A DNA stretch of 64,000 bases from Candidatus Moranbacteria bacterium GW2011_GWC2_40_12. GTDB lineage: Bacteria; Patescibacteriota; Minisyncoccia; Moranbacterales; UBA11712. The stretch lies in NCBI GenBank assembly GCA_000995965.1, contig LBYD01000001.1, positions 207,265 through 271,264 of the forward strand, read 5' to 3'. Shown here in pieces: positions 18,795-27,801 of this stretch; the first letter of the stretch is position 1, and each line of letters begins with the position of its first letter. Made by a program: the position numbers and the translations under genes. The notes under the pieces are model-generated. The model saw only the letters and a list, made by a program, of their open reading frames with translations, did no database searches and was not told where the DNA came from.

Positions 18795-20372
18795 TTATTC
18801 AACCTTTGCCCCTTTTCCGATTCCGGCCATTTCTTTCCTCTTAGCTTTCGTTATGTTTTCATATCCGATTGAAACGGCAAAGTTTTTGGATGAGAGCTGG
18901 CGGCGCAAACCGTTCTCTATGAAATAGTATTTCTTTCCATAATTCACGGCCGCCCCGTCCCGGAAGGAAAGATTCCCTTTCGTTTTGTATTTTTTGAGGA
19001 GCTTTATGGAAACATTCACGGCCATTTCCCTCGAAAATGTTGCCCGGAATACATTTTTTGTGATTTTTTTCTTTTTGCCTCCGGCTAACACATAAAAATA
19101 AGTTTTGAAGTTTTTCGTGATAATCGTCCCTTCCGGGAAAACACCCGCGCTGTCAATTGTCTCGCCTTCCGCATAGTGCGCACTTTCGCTTTCAGAAATT
19201 TCGTGCGCCGATCCAAGATCAACCGACTCCAGCTCCGCGCTCGAAAGATTCAATTTTCTTTTTTGATCGCCGGAAATAATATAATAGTTCCCGCCGGAAT
19301 CTTTCACAAAAGCGCCGCTCCGAAATCCAGCTTCTGCTCCCGCGGCATAGCTCGCCCACTTTTCCGCGCTGATTTCGACGATATTCGCCCCGTTATAATT
19401 TGCCGCCAAAACCGCCCCGATGGAAATTGGCCGGAGAATTCCGTTTTCTAAAATCCCTTTTTGATCGCTGCCAGACACCCCGAAGATCGTCCCCGAAGGA
19501 TAATTTCCAGAAAAACTGCCGGCTCGTGTCCCTCCTTCAAGGGCATACGCGGCCAACTGGGTGGCCGAAATTTCAATCACGGGCTGCTTAGCGCTGCCGG
19601 AGATTTTTTTTCCGTCCCTTATTTCATATGTTGCGCCGTCTCCCGAAATTTGATAAGCATAATTGCCATAGGTTGAGGCTAAACTGTCCGAAGAGTTCCG
19701 AATGTCAGCCATCAGTTTGTATATATTCTTGCCCGGACAGGCCGTGCTGGCAACGTTGCGGTGTCCAATGACAGCATTATCGAGCGATTTGCTGAAAAAT
19801 TTTAGGCTTGATTTCACGGATATATTATTGTTCGAAGACAGCCAGCCGATCAATTTCTGCAGCGAGTCTTTCGCCTCAGAAGACAGATGTTCATTTTCAT
19901 AATTTCCGAGAACCGCGATACCGATCGAACCTTTGTTATAATTTGTCCCTTTATAATACGAGTGTCCGCCAATGACTCCGTTCCCTCCGTATCGACCCTC
20001 AAAAATGGCGCCATCCTTTCCGATGATATAGTTATATCCGATATCACCCCATTTTCGGGTATAGGAATGGTACCTGTATATTTTTTTAATCTGCTTTGAG
20101 GTCGAGCTTTTATAATTCGTCGCCGTATGATGGATTATGATCACTTCCGGATCCTCGTATTCCGCCGGCCAGACTTTTTTCGTGCGTTTTTCATAAGTCG
20201 CGCTTGACCACGAGGAACGCGGGTAGATTGTCGGAACAGAAGATGCAACCTGCTTTTTTTCAACTCCCGTTTTCGCGAAAATCATCCCCGCGCCCGGAAA
20301 GGAAAAACAAAAAATCAGCAGCAAAAAAAGAGTAGATGTAAATTTTATTTTTTGTTGTTTCATATATTTCAC
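18795..20372 (-). CDS. secreted N-acetylmuramoyl-L-alanine amidase (PGRP/Amidase_2 domain)
   Basis: Signal peptide, IIIHHTAT ... WGDIGYNYIIGKDG ... GGHSYYKGTNYNKGSIGIAVLGNY amidase_2 motifs, and C-terminal repeats. Confidence 0.7.
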   Translation of the reverse strand: MKYMKQQKIKFTSTLFLLLIFCFSFPGAGMIFAKTGVEKKQVASSVPTIYPRSSWSSATYEKRTKKVWPAEYEDPEVIIIHHTATNYKSSTSKQIKKIYRYHSYTRKWGDIGYNYIIGKDGAIFEGRYGGNGVIGGHSYYKGTNYNKGSIGIAVLGNYENEHLSSEAKDSLQKLIGWLSSNNNISVKSSLKFFSKSLDNAVIGHRNVASTACPGKNIYKLMADIRNSSDSLASTYGNYAYQISGDGATYEIRDGKKISGSAKQPVIEISATQLAAYALEGGTRAGSFSGNYPSGTIFGVSGSDQKGILENGILRPISIGAVLAANYNGANIVEISAEKWASYAAGAEAGFRSGAFVKDSGGNYYIISGDQKRKLNLSSAELESVDLGSAHEISESESAHYAEGETIDSAGVFPEGTIITKNFKTYFYVLAGGKKKKITKNVFRATFSREMAVNVSIKLLKKYKTKGNLSFRDGAAVNYGKKYYFIENGLRRQLSSKNFAVSIGYENITKAKRKEMAGIGKGAKVE

Positions 20373-20401
20373 TTACTTGATCTTGCTGCAAAGAAAATAA
20401 T

Positions 20402-21373
20402 TCAATCCACTTTCCCCAATTTCGTGTGCTCGTCCACATATTGAAATGTGCAGGTTTCGTTGTTTTTTGCGTCAATTGCGTCGAAAGCCTCCGGTGAAAG
20501 CCCTCCGACGCGGTTGGTCCAGATGGCCGGACCGGCTTCCAAAATTGAAGCGACGACTTTTTTGCCATTTTTTTCATTGGTAACCAATACTTTTTTCTTC
20601 TTGAACCAGTTTTTCTTGTCGGAATCAAGATGCAGAGCGCGCGTTATTCTTTCCCAGTTTCCGCCTTTATACCTGTATTCTTGTTTCACGCTGTCGTTTT
20701 TTTCGTGCGATAATTTGGAGCTTTTGTAGCCTCTCTTCAGTCCTTTTAATTTATCTCCGCTTTTTGAAGAGTAGCGGATATACTCGTTTCCTATTTTTAC
20801 GTAGCCAGACTTAGCAAAATTATCGCCGGATTTCAACGTTATGGATTTCTCGTCTTTCGAAACATTTTCATTCAGTTCTGATTCCGGCTCGATCCAATCG
20901 GCATACCCCCAGCGCATGTTCACGTAATACACTTCCTCTTCCTTGTCGCTCTTGCCAAGCGGGCCAAAGGCGCCGTATCCGCCAGCCATTCCGTTTCGGC
21001 AGGAAGAAGGCGTGTCTGTCATTGAATAGTGGTTTGAAGCGGACTGGCTTTTTTTGAGCCAAAGATGCTGTTCCCGGGCGATTTTTCCGGATTCCGCGGG
21101 CAGAGGATATTTTCCTTCAATTATTTTCACGCCTTCGCCCGAAACGCCGCTATACGCATCGTTTTGCGCGCCTTGGTATTTTTTCACCGCTTTCCGGTAT
21201 TCGCTCCGGCTGACTTTGGGAAGATATTTCTGCCAATAACTTTCTGGAACGCTGTTTTTTTCAAGGAGTTTCTGCCATTTTGATTTTTTAGCCGCATGCG
21301 AAAAAGAAGCTATTCCAAAAATAGCAATCAAAACCAAAAATATTTTCCATTTATTTGGCATTTTTCGAAACAC
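20402..21373 (-). CDS. secreted protein with C-terminal RlpA-like (DPBB) region
   Basis: Signal peptide. C-terminal VLVTNEKNGKKVVASILEAGPAIWTNRVGGLSPEAFDAI resembles the RlpA double-psi beta-barrel. The match is weak. Confidence 0.4.
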   Translation of the reverse strand: MFRKMPNKWKIFLVLIAIFGIASFSHAAKKSKWQKLLEKNSVPESYWQKYLPKVSRSEYRKAVKKYQGAQNDAYSGVSGEGVKIIEGKYPLPAESGKIAREQHLWLKKSQSASNHYSMTDTPSSCRNGMAGGYGAFGPLGKSDKEEEVYYVNMRWGYADWIEPESELNENVSKDEKSITLKSGDNFAKSGYVKIGNEYIRYSSKSGDKLKGLKRGYKSSKLSHEKNDSVKQEYRYKGGNWERITRALHLDSDKKNWFKKKKVLVTNEKNGKKVVASILEAGPAIWTNRVGGLSPEAFDAIDAKNNETCTFQYVDEHTKLGKVD

Positions 21374-21459
21374 CTTTTTTTCTTATTATTTAAATCCCAG
21401 TGTTTCTGTTTGCATTATATCACAATGACCGAAAAGATGCACAATTCTTTCAAAATACG

Positions 21460-22692
21460 TTATTCATAACGAAGAGCTTCTATCGGATTCAAGTTTGCCG
21501 CTCTTCGCGCCGGGTAAAATCCAAAAACAATTCCGACAACCGCCGAAACGCCAAAAGCATAGAAGACTGAAGAAAGAGAAATTCTGGTGTTGAGGCTGAC
21601 AAAATTATTCACCAAAAGTGACGCCCCCCAGCCAAGCACAATGCCGATCGCCCCGCCTAAAAATGTCAGCACGACCGCCTCGGCCAGAAATTGAAGATTG
21701 ATATACTTTTTCCTTAGCCCCACCGCTTTGCGCAGTCCAATTTCACGCGTTCTTTCGGTGACATTAGTCAGCATCATATTCATGATCCCGATCCCTCCCA
21801 CAAGAAGTGATATTCCCGCAATGGACGAGAGAAGGATGGTAAACGTACTGGTTATGCTCGTTGCCGTGGCGATGATGTCATTTTGATTCATGATGCGAAA
21901 GTCGGCCTGCGTCGGATCGGATATTTTGTGGCGGTCCAGAAGAAGAGCTGAAATTTGTTCCTGAACTGAAGTCATGGATGCCTGATCCGCGGCGGCGACA
22001 CCAATGTCGGACAGATAATCGTTCCCGGACAAAAAGTGTTGGGCGGAGGACAGAGGAACAAAAATATTGCTGTCGGGGTTATTGAAACCGGATCCGCCCT
22101 TGGATTCTGTGACTCCGACCACCTGAAAATCAACGTTTCTTATTTTGACTGATTGGCCGACCGGATTGGCATTCACGCCGAACAAATCATTCCTCGTTGT
22201 TGGACCAAGAATGGCCACTTTGGCTGAGGTTTTTTGCTGCTGGTCGCTAAAAAAAGAGCCGATATTCATTTTCACGTTCCGGACAACAAGATAGTCCTTC
22301 ACTGTTCCAACTACTTCGGCGTTGGTATTTGTGCCTTTGGCGGTTATTTGGTAGCGCTTTGAGGCTTCGGGAGCAACCGCCTTCACATTTTGCACCTGGC
22401 TTTTTATCGCGTCGGCGTCTTCAATAACCAAAGTTTGAGAACTGCCGGCTCCCTGGCTGATTCCGCCTACTCGCTGTGCCCCCGGCATCACCACAATCAA
22501 GTTTGAACCGATTGATTCGATATCGCTTTCGATGGTGCTTTTCGCTCCCTGTCCGATAGCCACCATCGTGATCACTGAAGCTATCCCGATGACAATACCC
22601 AAAATCGTCAGGCCCGAACGGGCCTTATTTCCGGAAAGTGAACGTATTGTTTCTCGAAACAGGTCCTGGATCATGTGGCACAAAGATATCAA
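21460..22692 (-). CDS. ABC transporter permease, MacB/FtsX family
   Basis: MacB periplasmic core domain plus a C-terminal FtsX four-helix region. Confidence 0.75.
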   Translation of the reverse strand: MISLCHMIQDLFRETIRSLSGNKARSGLTILGIVIGIASVITMVAIGQGAKSTIESDIESIGSNLIVVMPGAQRVGGISQGAGSSQTLVIEDADAIKSQVQNVKAVAPEASKRYQITAKGTNTNAEVVGTVKDYLVVRNVKMNIGSFFSDQQQKTSAKVAILGPTTRNDLFGVNANPVGQSVKIRNVDFQVVGVTESKGGSGFNNPDSNIFVPLSSAQHFLSGNDYLSDIGVAAADQASMTSVQEQISALLLDRHKISDPTQADFRIMNQNDIIATATSITSTFTILLSSIAGISLLVGGIGIMNMMLTNVTERTREIGLRKAVGLRKKYINLQFLAEAVVLTFLGGAIGIVLGWGASLLVNNFVSLNTRISLSSVFYAFGVSAVVGIVFGFYPARRAANLNPIEALRYE

Positions 22693-23366
22693 TTTTTTTC
22701 GTCTTTCTCGATCAATCCGTCGCGAACGGAAATGACACGCCGCGCGAACTGGGCGATTTCCATTTCGTGAGTGATTATTATAATAGTATGTCCTTTGCTG
22801 TTGAGCTCCTGAAAAGTTTTCATCACCACACGGCTTGTTCTTGTGTCGAGATTTCCAGTCGGCTCATCCGCAAGAATGATAGAAGGGTCGTTGATGAGAG
22901 CCCGGGCCACAGCCACGCGCTGCATCTGTCCGCCGGACAGCTGGTTGGATAAATTGAAAAATTTGCTTTCCTCAAGGCCGACATACTTCAGGGTTTCACG
23001 AGCCTTAGCTTTTCTTTTCTTCATCGGCATATCCGAAAAAACAAGCGGGAGCATGACATTCTGAAGAACGGTTGTCCGGGGAAGAAGATTGAAAGACTGA
23101 AAAACAAAGCCTATTTTCCCCCGCCGGAGATCCGAAAGTTCGTTGTCAGTCAGACGCGAAACTTCTTTTCCTTCTAAAAAATATTGGCCGCCGGTCGGAG
23201 TATCAAGCGCCCCAAGAATATGCATAAGCGTTGATTTTCCAGATCCCGAAGGCCCGACAATGGCAACAAACTCCCCCTTTTCGATCCTAAAAGAAATGCC
23301 GCAGACCGCCTGGGTTTCAACATCGCCGTTTATATACGTTTTGCATAAATTATTGCAAACAATCAT
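22689..23366 (-). CDS. ABC transporter ATP-binding protein (MacB/LolD-type)
   Basis: Walker [10 protein letters not shown], signature [15 protein letters not shown], Walker [12 protein letters not shown]. Confidence 0.85.
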   Translation of the reverse strand: MIVCNNLCKTYINGDVETQAVCGISFRIEKGEFVAIVGPSGSGKSTLMHILGALDTPTGGQYFLEGKEVSRLTDNELSDLRRGKIGFVFQSFNLLPRTTVLQNVMLPLVFSDMPMKKRKAKARETLKYVGLEESKFFNLSNQLSGGQMQRVAVARALINDPSIILADEPTGNLDTRTSRVVMKTFQELNSKGHTIIIITHEMEIAQFARRVISVRDGLIEKDEKN

Positions 23367-23509
23367 ATCAAATTAAAAAATCAAATATCAAAGTGAAAAA
23401 TGACAATGTAAAATGAAAAATGTTTTTATTTCAAAGACTTTTTGACCTTTGATCATTTTTGAATTTTGAACTGTAATTTTGATTTTTGATTTTTACATTT
23501 TTAACTTTC
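23367..23509. repeat. AT-rich imperfect-palindromic repeat, copy A
   Basis: Shares aatgacaat ... tcattttgaattttga ... ttttacat blocks with 51055-51198. Internal inverted symmetry. Confidence 0.4.
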
Positions 23510-24688
23510 TTAGTCCTGTCTTCCGCCGCCGCCCAAGCCCGGAAGTCGGATTCCGCTGCTGCCGGTTCTATTTGAACTTGAAGCGCTGGCACTTGCGGCC
23601 GCGGTGGAGTTTATTGTTTGTATCACAACTTTGTCTCCCGCCTTGATGCCGCTAATAATCTCTGTTTCCGTGCTGTTTGAAATTCCGGCCTGCACGCTTT
23701 TCTTTTCGGGAGCATTTCTTGCCAACACTTCAACATAATCGCCATCCCCGTCATTTTTGACCGCGCTTGAAGGAACAATCAAGACATTTTGTTTCACATC
23801 GGTGATGATTGACGCCGAAACACTCATCTCGGGCTTCACGCGGCTGTCAAGAGAATCAAAACAAATGGTAACGTCATAGGTAACCACTCCTTGATCCTGC
23901 GTTCCCAGCGAATCAATTTTTTCGACTATTCCTGAAGTTTTCAGTCCTTCAACTGCGTCAAATTTGATCATCGCCTTTTGGCCGATCGAAACATTGGCAA
24001 TATCCACTTCGTTCACTTGCACCTGATTTTTCATCGTCCCGAGATCTCCGATGATAATCGGAACTTGCCGCGTGCTTCCCGAAGAAACCTTGCTTAGGTC
24101 ATCCCCGTTTTTTATGTTCACCGCGTTGACCGTTCCATCAATCGGAGAAACGACCCGCCTCTCGGCTGCGTTTGATTTTTGATTGGCAAGATCGGCCCCT
24201 GAAGAAACAAGCGCTTGCTCGGCAGATGCGACTGAAGCTTCGGCTGCTTCAAATTTTTGCTTGAGAGCCGCTTTGTTTTTTGAAGTTGTCGCGTCAAGAT
24301 CGGCTCTGGCCTGTTTTTTTGAGGCTTTCGCTGATTCGAGCGAACTCAAAGCTTGCGCATAGGAAGTTTGAGATTTAGAAACGCTGACAGAAAGATCATC
24401 ATTGTCAATGCTGAAAAGAAACTGCCCTCTTGTCACTTTGTCTCCAATATTCACTGCGAGATTCGCGACTGTTCCGGTGATTGTTGGATCAATATTCGAG
24501 CTTTGGTCGACAATCACGTTTCCGCTCGCCGAAATCGAGGAAGTCAGTGTCCCCGTTTGGGCTGTCGCCGTGACATATTTGACCTGGCTTGCGGTTGATT
24601 TGGAATTGCTATACCACCAATAGCTTCCCCCGGCTATCACGATGATTGCAATCCCGATATACGCTTTCCTGGACTTTAGGTAGTTCAT
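23510..24688 (-). CDS. efflux periplasmic adaptor (HlyD/MacA family)
   Basis: N-terminal TM, coiled-coil hairpin, beta-barrel and MP domains. Gene order adaptor-ATPase-permease. Confidence 0.7.
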   Translation of the reverse strand: MNYLKSRKAYIGIAIIVIAGGSYWWYSNSKSTASQVKYVTATAQTGTLTSSISASGNVIVDQSSNIDPTITGTVANLAVNIGDKVTRGQFLFSIDNDDLSVSVSKSQTSYAQALSSLESAKASKKQARADLDATTSKNKAALKQKFEAAEASVASAEQALVSSGADLANQKSNAAERRVVSPIDGTVNAVNIKNGDDLSKVSSGSTRQVPIIIGDLGTMKNQVQVNEVDIANVSIGQKAMIKFDAVEGLKTSGIVEKIDSLGTQDQGVVTYDVTICFDSLDSRVKPEMSVSASIITDVKQNVLIVPSSAVKNDGDGDYVEVLARNAPEKKSVQAGISNSTETEIISGIKAGDKVVIQTINSTAAASASASSSNRTGSSGIRLPGLGGGGRQD

Positions 24689-24728
24689 ATTATGAATATT
24701 CGGTCATAAGAAACATTGGTCTTTATTT

Positions 24729-25220
24729 TCAATTATTGCTCGCAAACACTCGAATAAGGTCGGCGCTCACAGTCCCGTCGTCTCCCGGTTTTCCCATCAC
24801 AACAATCCGGTCGTCATTTTTGAGTTCATTCACGCTGATAGTGTCTCGGCCCCGCTTGATGAGAGTTTTGTCATCCACTGCGATTGAGTTCTCCTGCCCG
24901 TCGCGGTCTTTCAAAACGATTTTATTGTCGGTAATAGATATAATCTCCCCCGCGATTCCGTGGGCGTTCCGGAACCCGCGGCCTTCGAAATCGCGCATCA
25001 TTTCGCCCGGATCTCTTCCCGGCCCCCTCATCCCCGCCGGTCCGCGAAACGGCCCGCCGAAATTGCGTTCATAATTTTCCCCGAATTTATAGGAGAATCG
25101 CGCCTTTTTGAGTCCAACCGCCACCCCTCCGGCAAAACTCACCAGAGCAACGAAAATAACGCCGACAAAAAGCACGGCAATCTGGAAACCTTTTGATTTT
25201 ATTTTTTCCTGGATGTTCAT
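24729..25220 (-). CDS. hypothetical membrane-anchored protein
   Basis: 163 aa, N-terminal TM, Gly/Arg-rich linker, and a C-terminal beta-rich domain. Confidence 0.4.
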   Translation of the reverse strand: MNIQEKIKSKGFQIAVLFVGVIFVALVSFAGGVAVGLKKARFSYKFGENYERNFGGPFRGPAGMRGPGRDPGEMMRDFEGRGFRNAHGIAGEIISITDNKIVLKDRDGQENSIAVDDKTLIKRGRDTISVNELKNDDRIVVMGKPGDDGTVSADLIRVFASNN

Positions 25221-25298
25221 TGAATATTAATTCTTCGCTAATTACGAATATTTTTCATTCGTATATTCGCAAGAGATTTGTAATTCGTAAAGAATGAG

Positions 25299-25742
25299 CT
25301 AACTTATATGTTTATAATATTTAATCTCGTTTGATCTAAAATATATTTTCATCGCCACCAACAGCAAAAACACCGGCGCGAGAATGGCAGCCAAGTGCGC
25401 CGCCGGAAAAGTTTCAAGAAGCGAAAAAGCAAAATCCTTCCAGAAGGAAGCGACGGCTGATGTATCAGAGAATATTAGCTTCAATAAGCTCCAGAATTCC
25501 GATTCGGCAATCCCATTCCAGAAATTCACGATAACGAAAACAAAAGCCCCCAGCGATCCCAGTGTCAGCGTATCCGCGAAAATCAGCCCTTTCTTCGCCT
25601 GCCAGCTTTTTTCCAAAGCTATCGACTTTAATATATTCCCTTCGAGCTCCCGCGAAGGTTCGATATTTTCGAGTTTTTTGAACAGTTTTTCGATATTTTG
25701 GGTCATGGCTTTAATACGACTTAGATAATATATCGGGCGCAA
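25299..25742 (-). CDS. putative anti-sigma factor (small membrane protein downstream of ECF sigma)
   Basis: Cytoplasmic N-terminus followed by TM helices. Position immediately downstream of the sigma gene. The true start may be the internal MTQNIEK. Confidence 0.35.
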   Translation of the reverse strand: MRPIYYLSRIKAMTQNIEKLFKKLENIEPSRELEGNILKSIALEKSWQAKKGLIFADTLTLGSLGAFVFVIVNFWNGIAESEFWSLLKLIFSDTSAVASFWKDFAFSLLETFPAAHLAAILAPVFLLLVAMKIYFRSNEIKYYKHIS

Positions 25743-25891
25743 AACACCAATAGAATCTTATTATTATTTCTTGTATAAGCATCTATTTGAATTGTGTCGC
25801 AAAACATGCCATTCTCCTGGATGCCAAGAAATCGGGCATAATCAATAAGTGCCCTTCCAAAGAATACCCAAGAAGCTCTCATAGCTATCAG

Positions 25892-26548
25892 CTATTTGAG
25901 GGTTTCTTTTAGCTTCCCCAACCCCCTTTGATGCCGGCTCTTAACTGTGTTGTAGGGTTCGCCCAGAATTTCGGCGATTTCGTGGAGGGAAAAGTCTTCT
26001 TTATAGTGCAAAAGTAAAATCGCGCGGTAACGCGGCGGAATTTTTGATAATATTTTTTCCAGATCTTCTGTGATATTTTTTCGCTCCAGAATTTCGTCCG
26101 GCAGGATTTCATCGCCGGATATATTTTCAAGAGCATTATTTCCTTCATCATCCTCGAATTTTGAAAACAAAATCTCTTTTTTCTTTTTGAGCCAGTCAAA
26201 AGTCGTATTTTTGGCGATGGTGAAAAGCCACGTTCTGAATTTTTTATCCGGATCATATTTCTTAAAATTTTTCCATACTTTCACAAAAGTCTCTTGAGTC
26301 AAGTCTTCGGCCGTGTCGCGATTATTGACCAGTCTGAAAATAAAATTATAGGCCGGCTTCAGATGTTTTTTCACCAGCTCCGAAAAAGCGGCTTCATTGC
26401 CGCTTAAGTATTCTTCAATTATTTTTTCATCGCTTTTTTCCATGTTCTGCCGAAAATTCTCAAGGTAGTCAAATTTATCCACGTGGAGGAAAATGACCAC
26501 TTTTTCTCTTCCCAACATCCGATGTTGGGAAATTAGCTTTTTAGCCAA
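25892..26548 (-). CDS. RNA polymerase sigma factor, ECF (sigma-70 regions 2 and 4)
   Basis: Region 2 DLTQETFVKVW ... WLFTIAKN and region 4 HTH LHEIAEILGEPYNTVKSRHQRGL. The start is probably an internal Met near 26443. Confidence 0.75.
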   Translation of the reverse strand: MAKKLISQHRMLGREKVVIFLHVDKFDYLENFRQNMEKSDEKIIEEYLSGNEAAFSELVKKHLKPAYNFIFRLVNNRDTAEDLTQETFVKVWKNFKKYDPDKKFRTWLFTIAKNTTFDWLKKKKEILFSKFEDDEGNNALENISGDEILPDEILERKNITEDLEKILSKIPPRYRAILLLHYKEDFSLHEIAEILGEPYNTVKSRHQRGLGKLKETLK

Positions 26549-27642
26549 TCGAGCGTTTCACGGGCGCATTTATCCCAGGAAAAGTCTTTCACTCGTTCAA
26601 GTCCCCTTTCTTTCAGCTGGTTTTTGAGTGTAGCGTTTTCCAGAACTTCCCGCAATGATTTTGCCAGCTCAATCGGATTATTTGGCTTATATAGAAGGCC
26701 GCTTTCCCGCAAGATTTCGCCCAAACTTGAATTATTCGCCGCAATGACTGGTACTCCGCAGGCCATGGCTTCAACAGCGGGAAGGCCGAATCCTTCGTAG
26801 AGCGAAGGCAAAACAAACGCTTCCGCGCCCCGGAGGAGGGCCGGAAGATCTTTCGTCCTGAACTTACCCAGATATATTACGCCTTCGGTGGATTTTATTT
26901 TCTCGAGAATTGGCCCGTATTGCCAGCCAAGATCGCCCGCGATTGCCAGTTTCAAATCCGAAAAATTTTTTTTTATAATTTCATAGGCTTCAATCAGCGT
27001 TTCAATATTTTTCCGCGGCTGGATGGCGCCGACATAGATTATGAATTTTGAATTTTGAATTTTGAATTTTGAAAGCGTATTTCTTATTCGCTCTGTGGAT
27101 ATATTTTCGTTAAACAATTCCTTGTCGTAGCCATGGTAGATCACTTTTATTTTTTCTTCGCGGAGATGCGGATAAAATTCCAGCAAGTCTTTTTTGGTCG
27201 AACGCGAAATCGCGATCAGTTTGTCAGCGTGGCGCGCGGCATAATCAGTGAACCAGTTCAGCCGCCGCAAATCTTTTTTTGGAAAAAATTGCGGAAAAAA
27301 CTTGAAAGCCAGATCATGGATCGTCACAACGGTTTTTGTTTTTTTTGAGCGAAGATACGGAAGCGAATGCATCGGCATCCAGAGAACATCCGGTTTCTCT
27401 CGAAATATTTCCCAGCCGAACCGCGTCTGCGTCCACCATAAAGGAAAAGATAATTTTTTGATTTTATAATTCCTAAACACGGGGAAGGCCAATTCGGGAT
27501 TGAATTCCGATTTGTGATAAATCAAAAATTGATCCCGATCGTCAGCATCGGGACCAAAATTTTTGAGCATATTCTGGATATATATCCGCGTACCGTCGAT
27601 CCGGGAATGATCAAGGTCGGACGCGTTGACAGCGATCCGCAT
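26533..27642 (-). CDS. glycosyltransferase family 4 (GT-B)
   Basis: EGFGLPAVEAMACGVPVIA motif. An in-frame (gaatttt)x4 DNA repeat sits at 27038-27068. Confidence 0.75.
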   Translation of the reverse strand: MRIAVNASDLDHSRIDGTRIYIQNMLKNFGPDADDRDQFLIYHKSEFNPELAFPVFRNYKIKKLSFPLWWTQTRFGWEIFREKPDVLWMPMHSLPYLRSKKTKTVVTIHDLAFKFFPQFFPKKDLRRLNWFTDYAARHADKLIAISRSTKKDLLEFYPHLREEKIKVIYHGYDKELFNENISTERIRNTLSKFKIQNSKFIIYVGAIQPRKNIETLIEAYEIIKKNFSDLKLAIAGDLGWQYGPILEKIKSTEGVIYLGKFRTKDLPALLRGAEAFVLPSLYEGFGLPAVEAMACGVPVIAANNSSLGEILRESGLLYKPNNPIELAKSLREVLENATLKNQLKERGLERVKDFSWDKCARETLDWLKS

Positions 27643-27801
27643 ATCTTTGCGAATTACGAAAAAAGAAACTTGCTGATGGAGGTTGGAAAGTAGTAATAGT
27701 GAACAGAAACTGGAAATTTGTCTGCGCTATTTTCAATTTTAAAATTTCAATTGCTAATTTCCATTTTCAAAAAACTATTCTCAAATTTCGCATTTGGTAA
27801 T

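Noticed and set aside
27038-27068. (gaatttt)x4 tandem repeat and other short tandem runs examined as possible CRISPR/array or VNTR features.
   Set aside because: In-frame within the GT4 gene (encodes KFKIQNSKF). No spacer/repeat periodicity anywhere in the window, so there is no CRISPR array.
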